This document shows positions 37,057 to 49,902 of a stretch of 64,000 bases of DNA, piece after piece (position 1 is the first letter of the stretch; every line of letters starts with the position of its first letter). The position numbers and the translations under genes are program-made. Location of the stretch: NCBI GenBank assembly GCA_973895155.1, contig OZ316897.1, forward strand, positions 22,543,455 through 22,607,454, read 5' to 3'. The notes below the pieces were generated by a model. That model saw only the letters and a program-made list of their open reading frames with translations, was not told where the DNA came from and did no database searches. This DNA comes from Marsupella aquatica. Lineage: Eukaryota; Plantae; Marchantiophyta.

Positions 37057-40000
37057 ATGGTATGTAAATCAGCTGAGAGTACGCCCTTCAATTTTGCTGG
37101 ATTCAAGCTCAGAGGAATTTACCATATATTAAACCAAAGCAGCTTACGATCAATTTGTCTGTGACCGCCATTTGGAAGTTTTATTTATGGGATTTGGTTT
37201 CAAGGGAACGCTTTCTGCTAGTTTGGTAATAGCTTTACAGAATTGCTTCGATTGTCGTTTAAGATGAAAGGATGAGCATGTGTAGATTATCGAGTCCATT
37301 TCTAGAAAGATTGCACAACGATTTGTCTGCCCTCGCGATCCGTGCTTTCCCTTTCAGGATTAAGAAATTGATTTGATGACAGGATTCTGAGAATGGTCAC
37401 TCCAAAGGTCTGTCGTCTGAGTATGAGCCACCGAGATCTCCAAGCCAGAATCACTTAGATATGGTGGATCTAAAGGGACGACCAGTCGACAAGTCCAAGA
37501 CTGGAACATGGAAGGCCGCTCCATTTCTCATGGGTAATCCTTAAGTTTCAATCCAGAGTTCAATTTCAATGATGGACTGGCGAGTATTGAAGTCTTCTTC
37601 GACGAACGGCGCAATAGCAGAGCGTTCGACTCGACGTTCTAACTGGGTGCGTGGGGATTTATGCTGCAGCAATCAATTTGGCCGATTTCCAAGCAGCAAT
37701 TGGAGTGCCTATAAATCTTGTGCCCTATCTGGCCGGAACTATGCACCAGCCCATATCGAACGCTGCAACCATCACTACCAATTTCTTTGGGTCCTGTTAT
37801 ATGCTGACATTATTGGGAGGGTTCCTTGCGGATAGCTATCTAGGTGCCTTCTTTACGCTATGTGCAGGTGGAATCTCCGTAATGCTGGTACGGGTTGACT
37901 TTCATTCTCTGTAGTCTTTAATTTGGTGGTGCCTCTGTCATTGTATAACGAAAGAGGGTTGACATTAAGTTCAAATATTGTATGGCCACTGTAGAAATTC
38001 GGTAGAGCAGTAGACGTACTAGTCTGTCGATCGAAATGTCGATTGTGGACATGTCAATAAAATGCTGCACGCAGTGATGTTGAGATTTTCTATGTTTATT
38101 CAGATTCAATTTTTGTACGAGCTGGATTTACATGCTCTACTGATTATCCGGACGACAACTCAACCAAAACGGGTGATGATGTTTGAGGGCTTGATAAATG
38201 GATTGATTCTACCTGCAGGGCTTGGGTCTCTTGGTACTTAGTACTGCCTTGTCGAAGTTGCAACCTGCCCCATGCGGTCCGACCGGACCGTGCAATCCTG
38301 CTGGAGCTCGATACATGGCCCCGCTTTACGTGGCCTTGTACACCATAGCATTTGGAACTGGGCTGGTGAAGCCCAATAACGCTTCACTGGGCGGAGACCA
38401 GTTCGATGACTCCTCACCTAAGGAGACGAAGCAGGGCGTGCACTTCTTCGTCTGGTTCTACTTCTTCACCAACATTGGCTTATTAATTGCCTTCACGCTG
38501 GGAGTTTACCTCCAGGATGATGTGAGCCGAAGTTGGGGCTATGGCTTCTCCCTCATGCTATACGCGACTTGCTTTCTATTTTTCGTCATGGGGTTCAGAA
38601 TATTTCGACACAAACGCCCCGCTGGGAGTTTTCTTACTCGCATGGCCCAAGTACTCGTTGCTTCTCTCCGCAAGTGGGAAGCTCCAGCTTCAGGGGACCC
38701 GAGAGAACTTTATGATCCCACTATAACTCAATTGCATGTTAAGCTGAGCCACACCAGCAAGTTGAGGTCAGAACCTCAAAATCCAATCCTCAGATTTAGT
38801 TTCTAAAATCGACATAAGAATAGTTTGTCATACTTGAAGTTCAAGCAGCGACGCTTTCAGTGCTACAGAACGCCCTTATTTGGAAATCTACAAGAGCTTA
38901 GAGCTAAACTGACCATGGGAGACCAAAAGATAACGATAAGATTCAAGAGAATGCAAGTCGATCTTCGCACTCGTTTTGCTTTATTCGGAATACACAGAAC
39001 CGACACTGATCAAGTTCGTTTATGTTCTTTGTTTGCTAAAGATTTTTCGACAGAGCCGCCTTTATCGACGAAGAGGACAAGAATGCTCTCGTTGTTGGGC
39101 GTCCCGATCCTTGGAGACTATGCAGCGTAACACAGGTGGAAGAGTCGAAGAGATTGGTACAGTTCATCCCGGTCTGGATAACAATAGCACCGGTGACACT
39201 TGTGTTCTCGCAATTATCAACCTTCACGGTTCAGCAAGGAGCTACGCTTGATCGAAAATTGGGGCCGCATTTTGTTATCCCTCCAGCTGCTCTGGGCCTG
39301 ATGATGCCCGTTGCAGCACTGATCAGCGTCCCCATCTACGACAGACTGTTCGTCCCTTTCGTGAGGAGATTCACAAAAAGTCCATACGGCTTGTCGCCGC
39401 TGCAACGGCTGGGCTTGTCATTAGCGTTTGCAATTATCACGATGGTTTGCGCTGCGCTGGTGGAGCGGAAGCGATTGACTTATGTGCGTGATATGCATCT
39501 GGAAGCACTGCCTCTTGGTGCTTATTTACTCCCCATGAAACTTTGGTACCTGATCCCCCAATTCTTTGCTTCAGCCCAGGTAGAGTTCTTCTTGTTTGTC
39601 GCCTCTTATCAATTCTTCTACCATGAAGCGGCCGAGACGACTCGCAGCGTTGGGAGTTCGTTCACGTACTCAGCTTCTTCCCTGGGATACTTCTTCAGCA
39701 CGATCATTGTGAACATCACCAATCATGTCACACGAAATGAGCATGTAGGTCCTCCGTTTGCATCCACGACCCATTTTCTCTGCATCGCCATTATTAGTCA
39801 GTTAATTTGAAGCTCTTTGATTTGTTCTTATGCATATGATGTTGACGACTTAGCTCCCTACTGAAGCAAAAATGTTGACCCGGAGCAGTACTTTCGTTTT
39901 CAAGCCAAACAGAGAACCTTTTTTTGAGAATTAATTTCTTGATAAATCACTACCAGCTTCCCCAAACTCTGGTCGATTTGGAGAGGCAAGCCCATGAATT

Positions 40001-40383
40001 CTATTTGCACCATTGAATTCAATCATTCAATGTCAGGAGCAAAGCTGATTTTCTTCGCCTCAATGAACCGTGATACTTGAATCTGCACTGACCTAGACAG
40101 TTTTATTACAATAAATTCTGACTGCTCGAAGAGTTGTGTTGTGCTTGGGCTGGGTCGACAGGGGGGAAGCTGGCTGAAGGGACAGCTCAACAACGGAGGA
40201 CTCGAGAAATTTTACTGGCTTTTGGCTGTCTTTATTGGCGTTGATTTAGTCTTGTTCATGGTTGCTGCTTACTTCTATCAATATAAGCACGATTGGTACC
40301 GCCTCGAAACCTCACAGTCGGAGACGAGGGACACGGTTCTATCTCGGATCCACTCGGGCCGGATTGGAGTCGATCCACAATAA
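37057..40383 (+). CDS. NPF: NPF (NRT1/PTR family) MFS transporter, copy 2; exons 37057-37059, 37383-37533, 37670-37887, 38219-38766, 39042-39744, 40162-40383
   Basis: Motifs VDLKGRP..KSKTGTWKAA, GGFLADSYLG, GLVKPN..SLGGDQFD, GSFLTRMAQV, QVEESK, QQGATLDR, LSPLQRLG and LEKFYWLLA. Exon phases match copy 1, including the 218-bp third exon. Confidence 0.93.
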
Positions 40384-41954
40384 TATGAAATTGGTGAAGC
40401 TGGTTGTATTGACCAGTCACAATGACTCCACGTCGCAGAAATAGTCACCACTCCTCCAAACGCGGTGCTAAGCAAAGCGATCCTAAAAGCGCACTTCAAA
40501 TGCTACTGTTGTTCGTGCTATGTACAGTTTAGCAGATATTGGGAAGCCTACATTGAAGAAGTAAAGATAGACAATCATGCTCTTCTGGGATTCCCCCATT
40601 AAAGAGGCTTCGTCAGGATTAGTTATTTATTCGTGTGCATTATGGGTAGCCCGACGGTAGTGGCTAGGCCCTTCAGTCCACCCGATGGAGACCTTCAACT
40701 TCACAGTAGCTGCTAGCTTGGTATTGTTAATCATGATCATTTTTCTCACCAAGCTTTCCACAGAGGCTAGTAACAAGCTCGAGAATCACTTGAGACCTCG
40801 GGTTGGCTAGACGGAACCATGCTTGCAGCTTTGCGTTGAAACATGAAGTGATTCGTCTTTCGGTTTCAAGGCAAAAACATATGAAGAGATTGTTGAGAAT
40901 AAATGGACCGTCTATTCGTGAGTCCTATCGAATGCCAGAGTCTTCTTCCGATGTTCCGATCATTGCTGCCTGCGATTATTAACCGTTCGTCGTTTCAAAA
41001 GACAACATGAATATTGAGTTACACTTAAGTTGAATATCCGTTTGTGTCAATAGCACCCACGCGGTGGTTGGCCAACAAACAATTACTAGGTGCTGACCTC
41101 AATCATAAACTCCATTCCATGATAATCTCCTTGGGCATATTAACAACTGAAGCAAACATCATGCGTCAGATCGACGACAAGTTTAAGTTTGAACAATGGG
41201 CGATAACAGGACATAAATGTAAACTGTTGCAGCGCTCGAAATCACCTAGTACTCGTTCCTGCACAGAACTGTTGAACTTGAGGTGGCGAAGAATTTAAGG
41301 TGGGTGTAAGATTTGTGATTTCAAAGGGTACCTTCAAAGGAGGATGTGTGATTGCTCCGTTGAACTATCACCTGCACAAACTTTGGTTCAAAGCCTTGCC
41401 CTACCAGAGTCCCCAAACAAGCGCCAGCTGACCTCACCCAAATCTAAAAAACTATAATCAATCCGACGTGAGGAGCCCATCATGACATCGTAGCAATGAT
41501 GCCTTCTATTTGAGGTGACATTGGTAGTTGTGACAGGTGAGTCACCTCAAGTCAGCGGCGTATCTGCTTTAAATTCTTATCCAAGTCTCCAATACTCCAT
41601 TGCGAGCAACGATCGAAACTTTCGAGACCTGGTGAGACAGTCTACTGAGACTTCTAATGAGTGCTGGGGCTTTAGGACTTTATACAATCATCAAAGACCT
41701 TGGGAGTGACATGTGCACAGACTCACTGTATGATCTCATCCTTTCTGTTGGTCGTCCGTGGTACTGGAAAATCATTGAAAGCCAGGCTAGGGGCAGGGGG
41801 TGAGATTGCTTCGAATACTTTGAGTTTCTGGTGATGCACGGGTACAATGGAAGCACACCGCAGGATGGTCCACACGACGCGCGTCAGGATGATTGAGAGA
41901 AACTTCATCCAAGTGCATCATCAGATGAGTTGTGGGCGTTTATTAAGCTTGGAC

Positions 41955-43190
41955 ACCTTTTTCTTTTCTTTTCCCCCTTGAAAGAAATAGACCCGTCCAA
42001 CAGAGGAGACAACAGTGGGCTACCAATGCAGGGTAGCCCACTAGGGGGATGATACCCAGGATGGAGAGAGGGTTGGACCAGGGCCCCAAAGCCTGCTAGC
42101 CAGGACCTGAGGAGAAACCAGGACTCCCACTAGGGGGAATTAAACCTTGCCTAAAAACATCACAGGTGATGTGGGCGGCTCCACATAGTGAGCCCCCCAA
42201 GCTCGCATACTGCCCACAACCTTCTCCATCCACTGCCCACAAGAAGTGAACAATCAATTATTTCTTAAAGTGTCAAAAAGCCCCACAAAAAGTGGGAAGA
42301 TGGCATTGTTTCTTAGTGTCAAAAATCTGGGAAGGAGGTCTAATGGTGGAAGTTGAAGCTTGGATGAAGCTTGCCTTAAAATACGGTGATATAATGCCCA
42401 AATGCAAGAGACTTTATTTACATAAAGGTCTGAGTCAGGTTCGGAAAATAAAACGTCACAATAAATACTAAAATAAAGGCCAAGCTATTAATAGTTTGCA
42501 AAGAAAGAAGAAGGTTAGTTAAACTGCCTGACTGCCAGGATTTAGGCCATGCAAATATTTGCTGGGAAACTTGCGTGTTGTGGTATTTTCTGTTTTGATT
42601 CATTCATATGGTACTCTAAAATCTTCATACTTGGAGCATTATATGCCTAGATTGATGGGTCAACGCATAATTCACTCCTTCAAGCAAGGTTTCTATTGTA
42701 AAAAACTAATGTTTTCGAAAATAAAAAAAGCTTAAACTCATGAAAGTCTTTACTATTGATGAAAATATGTCCTTCCAGAGAAAGTTGTTTAATATGCTGG
42801 ACAGAGCACCAGTTGGTATTCTATCCAGGAGAGTGATCGTTGGGAACACAATCAGAAGCTCTAATTGAAAAGTAAACGCACACTTGGATGTTTTAATCGA
42901 GAACTGAGACTGAGTGATTGAATTTGAAGTGTTGAATTTGAAGTGTATGATTCCCAAATAGAAGGCCCTGGGGGCTCTCTCAAAAAACTTTATCACTCAA
43001 TTGATGTAGAGTGCCCCCATGGCAATTTATTTGTGTAAAAACCCTGGCCATTCGTTTGAGGGAAGTAGTAGTCCAGTGATTCTGTAGTCTTAAAACCTTC
43101 TTGCTTTTGACACTCATGACATTTCCAATTTTGAATAAATTTGAATCCTAAATTAACCCTAAAGTCCTTCCCTGCCCTCACATGTACATT
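41955..43190 (-). mobile_element. Possible highly degenerate LINE 3' fragment
   Basis: T-rich end at ~41957-41973 and broken minus-strand ORFs with Cys/His and ...LCIWALYHR-like segments. No clear RT motif. Confidence 0.2.
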
Positions 43191-46100
43191 ATTTCGGCAA
43201 ATTTGGTCACAAAATCTCGTGTTATTTTCTTTGTGTTAATGGCCAGCCATCTTTGTAGTTAAGAATTTGGCAAAAAATTCGTCAAAAATGAAAAAGCTGA
43301 TCAGATGCCAAAGGACCAATGAATCACACTTTGCCTATCCTAGAAACTTCGATGCAGCACACAATAAGTTTCAAATTGCAGCCTGTTTCTTGTTTTCTGT
43401 CGATTATTTGCTTCTTGTGCTCGATGATGTGAATCTATGGGTGTCTAATTGTCCAAGGAGGTCCAATTGTCGAAAAGAAAGAAACTGAATTGCATGGGAA
43501 TCCTGTTGTGTGTTTCTTTCTACGCGATTGAATGTATCCTTCTTGCGCAGGCTTCGATTTGGTTTGAGGTGTTGTTCAATGATGGGGCCCTAGTCTTTCA
43601 GAATTATCCATGTTTCGTCTCTCACTGTATGAAATTCATAATTATTCGCAGCATAGGTAGCGCTGACAGAAGGAGTTTCGACGTTGGTGATCATGAACGT
43701 GTTATTGGGATGGGCCAACGAATGCAAGTCAGATGCCTTACATTGGCATAAGCCAGTTACGAGCTTCTTGCCAGTTTTCAGGCATCTGACTTAGACGCGT
43801 GTAGAATTCTATTTTATTGTAATTTGGTGAATTGTTTAGCCTCTCAGATCACCGTTGCATTTTGGCACCTAAAATTGCGAGACTAGTTACTCAGTTCCTT
43901 CGTCCCTTCTCGTCTTGGTAGCGTGCATTGAACCCTCTTCCGCCAGTCAATCCCAAATGTTCCCTTAGCATCCAGGACGTTACAAAGGACAAGGTCTGTG
44001 CCTACGGCCAACCTCAAACGTACAGAAGATAGTTTCGAAACAACCGCAGTAATTGGCTTAACCTCGTGGCTGGACTTCAGATCCTCTCTCAGACACCTGA
44101 AGTAGGACCGAGGATAGCACACTTCTTACATCTAATTGCACTGAATTTTGTTTGTTTGCCTTTTGCTCTGTTTAAGGAATGAAAGGGACGTGAAGGATAC
44201 GATAGAGGATGACTTGGAAAATAAGGAATTCGTTCGTTCTCGCTGTCTAGTTTGGTGGCGTCTCGGTTGGATGTAGGCTCAGCTAAGTCTTATGTTGAGA
44301 TGTCGTCTCATTGACAATTGGTCCATTGGCAAACGCCATTTGTTCATTCATCGGCTCTCTGTCCACCTCATTTCCGTTGAAGTATCGATGTATTGTAATT
44401 ATAATCATTTCGCTCTTTGTGAATGTTACTTTCAGTCTATGCTGTTTCGATTCCATTTGTTATTATCGTGCATGACACTTGCTGTTCTTGCTTGCAGGAC
44501 TTGGAAAGGCTCTCAGATCACTGTTGTAGTTGGGCACCGGACAGCTCAATTTCTTTGTTCCTTGTTCACTGAGTAGCATGCATGCACTAGATCGTCTTCC
44601 ACCCTTCAATCTCAGGACTTTATTGAAAACTTAGCGTCCAAAAATATTTCCATAGAAAGCCTTTGCTTATGGTCAACCTGGAATGAAATTCCACTCCTCG
44701 CTACTGTACAGCAAAACGTTCATTGAGACATAGCATAAAAAATGTCGTGTATGTATAATTATTTTGCTGCTTCTGATTGTTGGGCTGGAGATCATCATAG
44801 TTTTCTGGCTCGTGATTAGCCTTTCAACCGACTGATGAAAGTAGTTCAAATTTGTCGATGCATCATCATTCGAAATTTCAGGATTTGTAGAACCATAACA
44901 AGTCCTATGAGCAGTTCGGTTCTATGATCTTCACGGTACTGATGAATCTGCAGAAGTCTTGAGATCTGCTTGACCTTCACAGGATTGGAAATGGACTCCA
45001 AGGCAGCACATGCGTTGTGTGGCAAATTGAACAAATCTCTGGCGAATGTATTTCACTTTCAAAAAGTGGAATATAAATGCCATAGCTAAGTACTTCAAAT
45101 CAGCTTGACTATACGGACAATTTTTGGAACATAACTCTTTTGCGCGCATGAAATGTTGTAACTACTGTGATCTCAAGGGTGGAGTGCATGAAATAGTGTT
45201 ACTGTGATCTCGAGGGTGTTAATTTAGACTCAAGTTCACCCCTATTTTACTAACAATCTAAACGAAAGTGGAAAAAACACTATTCTAAAAACCCTACAAA
45301 AACCTTACACCCTAAACTTGGACTCAAAATCAGTGTTGCTTACTCAAAATCACTTTTACCAAAATTAGTGTAGGTAACGCTAATTCTTACTAATTATGGT
45401 GAATAGTGAGTTATATGGGGGTCCAGCGGGCTGCAGGTGGGAAACAATCAAATTTGACAGACAGCTTGCTTGCTTGTCTATGACAGTGGAGGGCCGTCTG
45501 GTATATCAGTGTCACTTCAGGAACCGGCCCTACATGAGAAGTGAACAAAGGATTCAATTTGTCATTGACGAAAGAGGGTAATTGTGTGGAAAGATAGCTT
45601 GTTTGAATGTTTTCAGTCAAAGTCACCGAGCTGGCAACTTCGCTTTTGCCAGTATCTGCGTTCCGAACCGAGTTGACAACTTTTTCATTCTCTGTCCTTC
45701 ATGATTCCACCTCTCCTACTTTGCAGGATGCTGTCCAAAAGAGACTTGATTTCTGCTTTTCTCTTGAGCCGTAAGGATTTACTGAGCAGTGACGTTTCCA
45801 AGTTTTGATGATAAATTCTAGCTTTCTTTGCCTTCCCTTGCCCAATGCCCATGACCAACTTGCAAGGGTGGTCGACGAATGGAAGACCGTTAGAGTGATG
45901 TCACCGGTTTGTTTCTTAGTGACAACGTCACCGCTGACTTTTGCCTCTTGAACAGTAAAACATGGTAGGTCACTAGTTGGTACGTGGTAGGTCAGCGTAC
46001 GTACTTGGTACAATCATACTGATACTGCATGCCCAGGCGTCTCAATGAAGATCCAAGAAACGAGACAGAATGATGTTGAAAACAAATTGTCTCGAATAAA

Positions 46101-49045
46101 CAGCATGCATCCGAGAAACAGTATGCATCCGAAAATCGAACATGTTGGAAGAATTGGTTGCGCTGGTAATCACACATCAAAATGTTGCTACATTCATTGA
46201 TTGAAAGAAAAATACTAGCGGTATGCAAGGGTGTCGTACATAGTGTATGTCATATTTTGATCGCAGTCATGCATTACAGATTGACAGCCAGTAGGCCAGC
46301 CAGCCACGGATGGTTGAATACTTGAATGGCTCTGACTTGTGGTAACGACAATCATAGAGCATATTTTCCAAGAAGCGACAGGAGGTCTGATATTAAGAAC
46401 TTCCCGTTCAAAAAGGAGAAGGGCCCCACCCTGGATCCATCCAGAATTCCAGAATTCCCGTGACGAGTTGGCAAAACAGAGTAGAAATTTGGAAACTGTG
46501 CCATGCTGGTGATGGAAGGGAATCAAGGGGATCTTTTTGGGCAGACGGGTGTTCTGAAAGCCATTCATATGCCACACTCGGCTCAGAATGGATCTAGTTT
46601 CAGCTTGAGACAGTAATAACGAGGACCGATAAAGGTGCGCATCAACTGAGGAAGTTCAGAGTGGTTGGGCTGCGTTCATGTTGCAGCTAGCTCCCAAATC
46701 CCATATATGTCTGGACGCTGCACCGACCGACCGAGTCCATCGAAGTTCGCCAGTCTGCACGCTGTGACAGCCATGACTGAGAGAATGAGCTGTGCCAGCC
46801 ATGACTGAGAGAATGAGCTGTGACATGCAGAGCAAGCCAAATACTCAGCCTCGCTTCCGCAATATTTGGATTGAAGAGCTGGGTGACAGTGAGTGGTTAG
46901 AGAGCGCAAGTAACGTGTCTTTAATGTGGCCAAACGTACTAGCTATCCCCACACTAAGGTTCGAAGGAACATCACAGCTCCCAGCACGACTGTCTGGTTC
47001 GAAGGCACGGTCACCAAAATGAGGGTCTGATCCTCATCACGAAACGAACGTGAGGTAGCCAAGTCTGTGGGAGGCCAATTCAATCTTTGGTTTGAATGGA
47101 GTGATAATTGACTGAAGCGCTAGGAATAGATTTCTCTGAAATTTTGGACGCAAAGGAAGATTAAAACCGGCGAAATTGTCTAAGGTAGTCAATATCGTAA
47201 TTTGGGTGTGGAAGGTCAATTCTAGTGTTTTCAACAATCAAGTGTTTCAGTGCTGAAATTGAGATCCAGTGTCTCAAATGAGAAGTGCCCCAATGACACG
47301 TCTCCATCATCTTTCATTGGTGAAGAACATCTCAAGTAGAACCTGCAGTAATACGAAATGGACGGCAGATAAAAATAATCTAGTTATGATTCTGATGTGG
47401 GTACGGCGCGGTGCGGTCCATCATTCACACACGAGAGGGCAGGTTCAATTTTCCGCTGCATTGTTCTCTTGTCAGAGAAAGTACGCGCATGGAGCAAAGA
47501 CTTATCGACAGGATACAGCGTTATAAAATTAATGAAGAAATGAACTACTTGCGGTCAATGAGAGATCATTTGCATTCATGAGACTTGCTTCTTCTTTGAC
47601 AAGCGCAACAGCGTGATGCAATCGTGATGGATCTCGATTGCGTGACCATTGACAATCGCGACTGTAGTTCGATACCATCATTGTATCACAAGATGTGAGA
47701 AACCGATGTACAGCCAGGACCCCACGCATTTGATGACGGCTCTCACGATGACAGGATCTTTGTTTGACGAGGGATTCCTGAATTCTACAGATGTGACAGA
47801 CAGATAAATCTACCGGGAGACAGGAACCGCAAGTCCCTGATGAATCTTAAACTCTTTCGACGCAAAAAGAAACGCGAAAAGAAACCTAGAAATGAGACTG
47901 TCAAGAATAGGAAAGTGGGCACCATAGGAGTACATAAGCTGTGAAAGGCGGAGTCGCTCGGACAATATGGAAGAACAGTATACAGGGACATGGAAGCATC
48001 ATCCATCGCCAGGGAACAAGATAAGGCAATCGAAATTAAAATTACGGAAATACTGTAATTCTGGACCGAACTGTACCGTAATGCTGGCTTAGGGAGGCAA
48101 GCGCGATCAACAGTTTACAGAGAGGTTGCATCGATGGTGGACGGGGGAGATCGCAAAGTAACGCAACGGTTTCCAACTTTCCATTCCATCATGTTCAATC
48201 GATCAATCTCAGTTTGCAGAGATTCGGTACGATGGATGAGAGGGGCACCCAGTCGAATTACTCCATGACAAGAATGCCTTTCAAGATAGTGTTGTCTTTT
48301 CATCAATTAGTTCAATATTTGGACATGAAGCGAGATCCGCTCAAAACAGCGCAACAAAATACAAAAAGCAAACGCCAAGCACGGGGGATGCGGGACATAG
48401 CAAAGGCGACAGATTAATGGGATCTTCGATCACGGTGCCGTCGTCTTCCCTGTGTACCGCTTTGTTTGGACGTGCGGGAGGGGACAATTATGGTAATGGG
48501 GATCATTGGCGCGCAGGCGCCGCAGATTTCACTTTTGGCGGATTTCAATGAAGCTATTCCTGAAGTAGCACTGTGGAACTCCACTCTCCATGAGGAATCC
48601 CCAACGCGACACCATTCAGAATGGATACATTACAGTAGTTTCAAGGCCTTGAAGACTGAGATGTGCCCAGAAGAACAGCTGTATTGCTGTAATCAGCAAT
48701 ATCATACTCAGAACGACATAAATTGGACTGGGATTAGATTTGGTTTGGGGGCGAGCCGGGGCACGGTCTCCCCGTTCAAGATGCAACTTCTGTCTTGTGG
48801 CCTCGGGCAGGGTGAAGCTTGTCTGTGCAGTGTGCACGTCGAGTTTAACAGCAGTCCATGACTCCATGTGCCATCGACGAGTCTCTCAAATCCGGTCGTT
48901 CTGGCAGTGATTCCATGTGGATTGGATTTCGAAGCCAAAAAAAGAAGTACTGTCGATGACTCAGTTTCAAGTATTGAATTGAATACTCCATAATTCTTCA
49001 TTTGATGAGTACGCATTGAGAAGCTCGACCGAACAACTTTTGTAG

Positions 49046-49305
49046 CAGCGTATTTTTAAAGGATTTTACTTTTTCGCCAGAGTGGCGAATGTTGAAGGAC
49101 AACTTTTGCTCAAATATTCCAGTATTTTCATGAGTTCTCTCTAAATTTAACGGTCACATCTCACTAAATTTAACTATGACCGTTAGATTCTTAGTCATGG
49201 GCCCTTTGATTAGGCGGGACACTTGCTAATGAGCAAATACTAGCATTGGCCAAAAATGGCGAGAGAAAGCTTTTTGGCAAATTTTTGCCACTAACGAAAA
49301 CGCTG
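49046..49305. mobile_element. hAT-like MITE, same family as 58041-58304
   Basis: CAGCGTATTTTT...AAAACGCTG ends and internal similarity (AGTGGCGAATGT, GACC.TTAGATTC) to the 58041 copy. The TSD is not preserved. Confidence 0.65.
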
Positions 49306-49902
49306 GTAAATAGGATGGATCCAATACTACATATATCAAAGGGCAAAAAGGGCAAAAACACCAAACTGGGAAACAGGGTCCCAAATGCAAAGCAATCCAA
49401 TAAAGTGAAGAAAACAGAAGAGGGAAGGGCCCCAATACTTGGATGAGTTTGCTGTAGAATTTCTAATTTTCAACTTGTGAGGTAGAACCCGCATACATGT
49501 GCTCCGCTCTAAAGTGCAAGCTGCAATCGCATATAGCATTAGTCAGGATTTTTCGCATAAAAAATGCTTAAATCGGAGCTTTTAGCAAAGAAGATATGGG
49601 AGGTTGAGCAAAGGTTAGTAGAGTTATGCATAACAGCTTCGTTCTGTAAAACTCCAATAAGGCTGTAAAGATCATAAAATTATTTTATGGCCAGTACATA
49701 TAACGAAAACAGCCCCATGAAAGAAATCCTTGAATACCATAAAATTATTTTATGGCCAATACATAAGGACTTACAGGATACCTAAGTAAAAACCCATAAG
49801 AATAACAGATACTCCAGTAAGCCTCCCTATCAAGCTTTTCCAAACGAGGCCTGAATGAAACAAAGAGTTGGAACTGATCCGAATAAGAGGATATATACAC
49901 AC

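Noticed and set aside
43040-43090. YFPQTNGQ resembling the integrase YHPQTDGQ motif
   Set aside because: Isolated match with no surrounding integrase residues.
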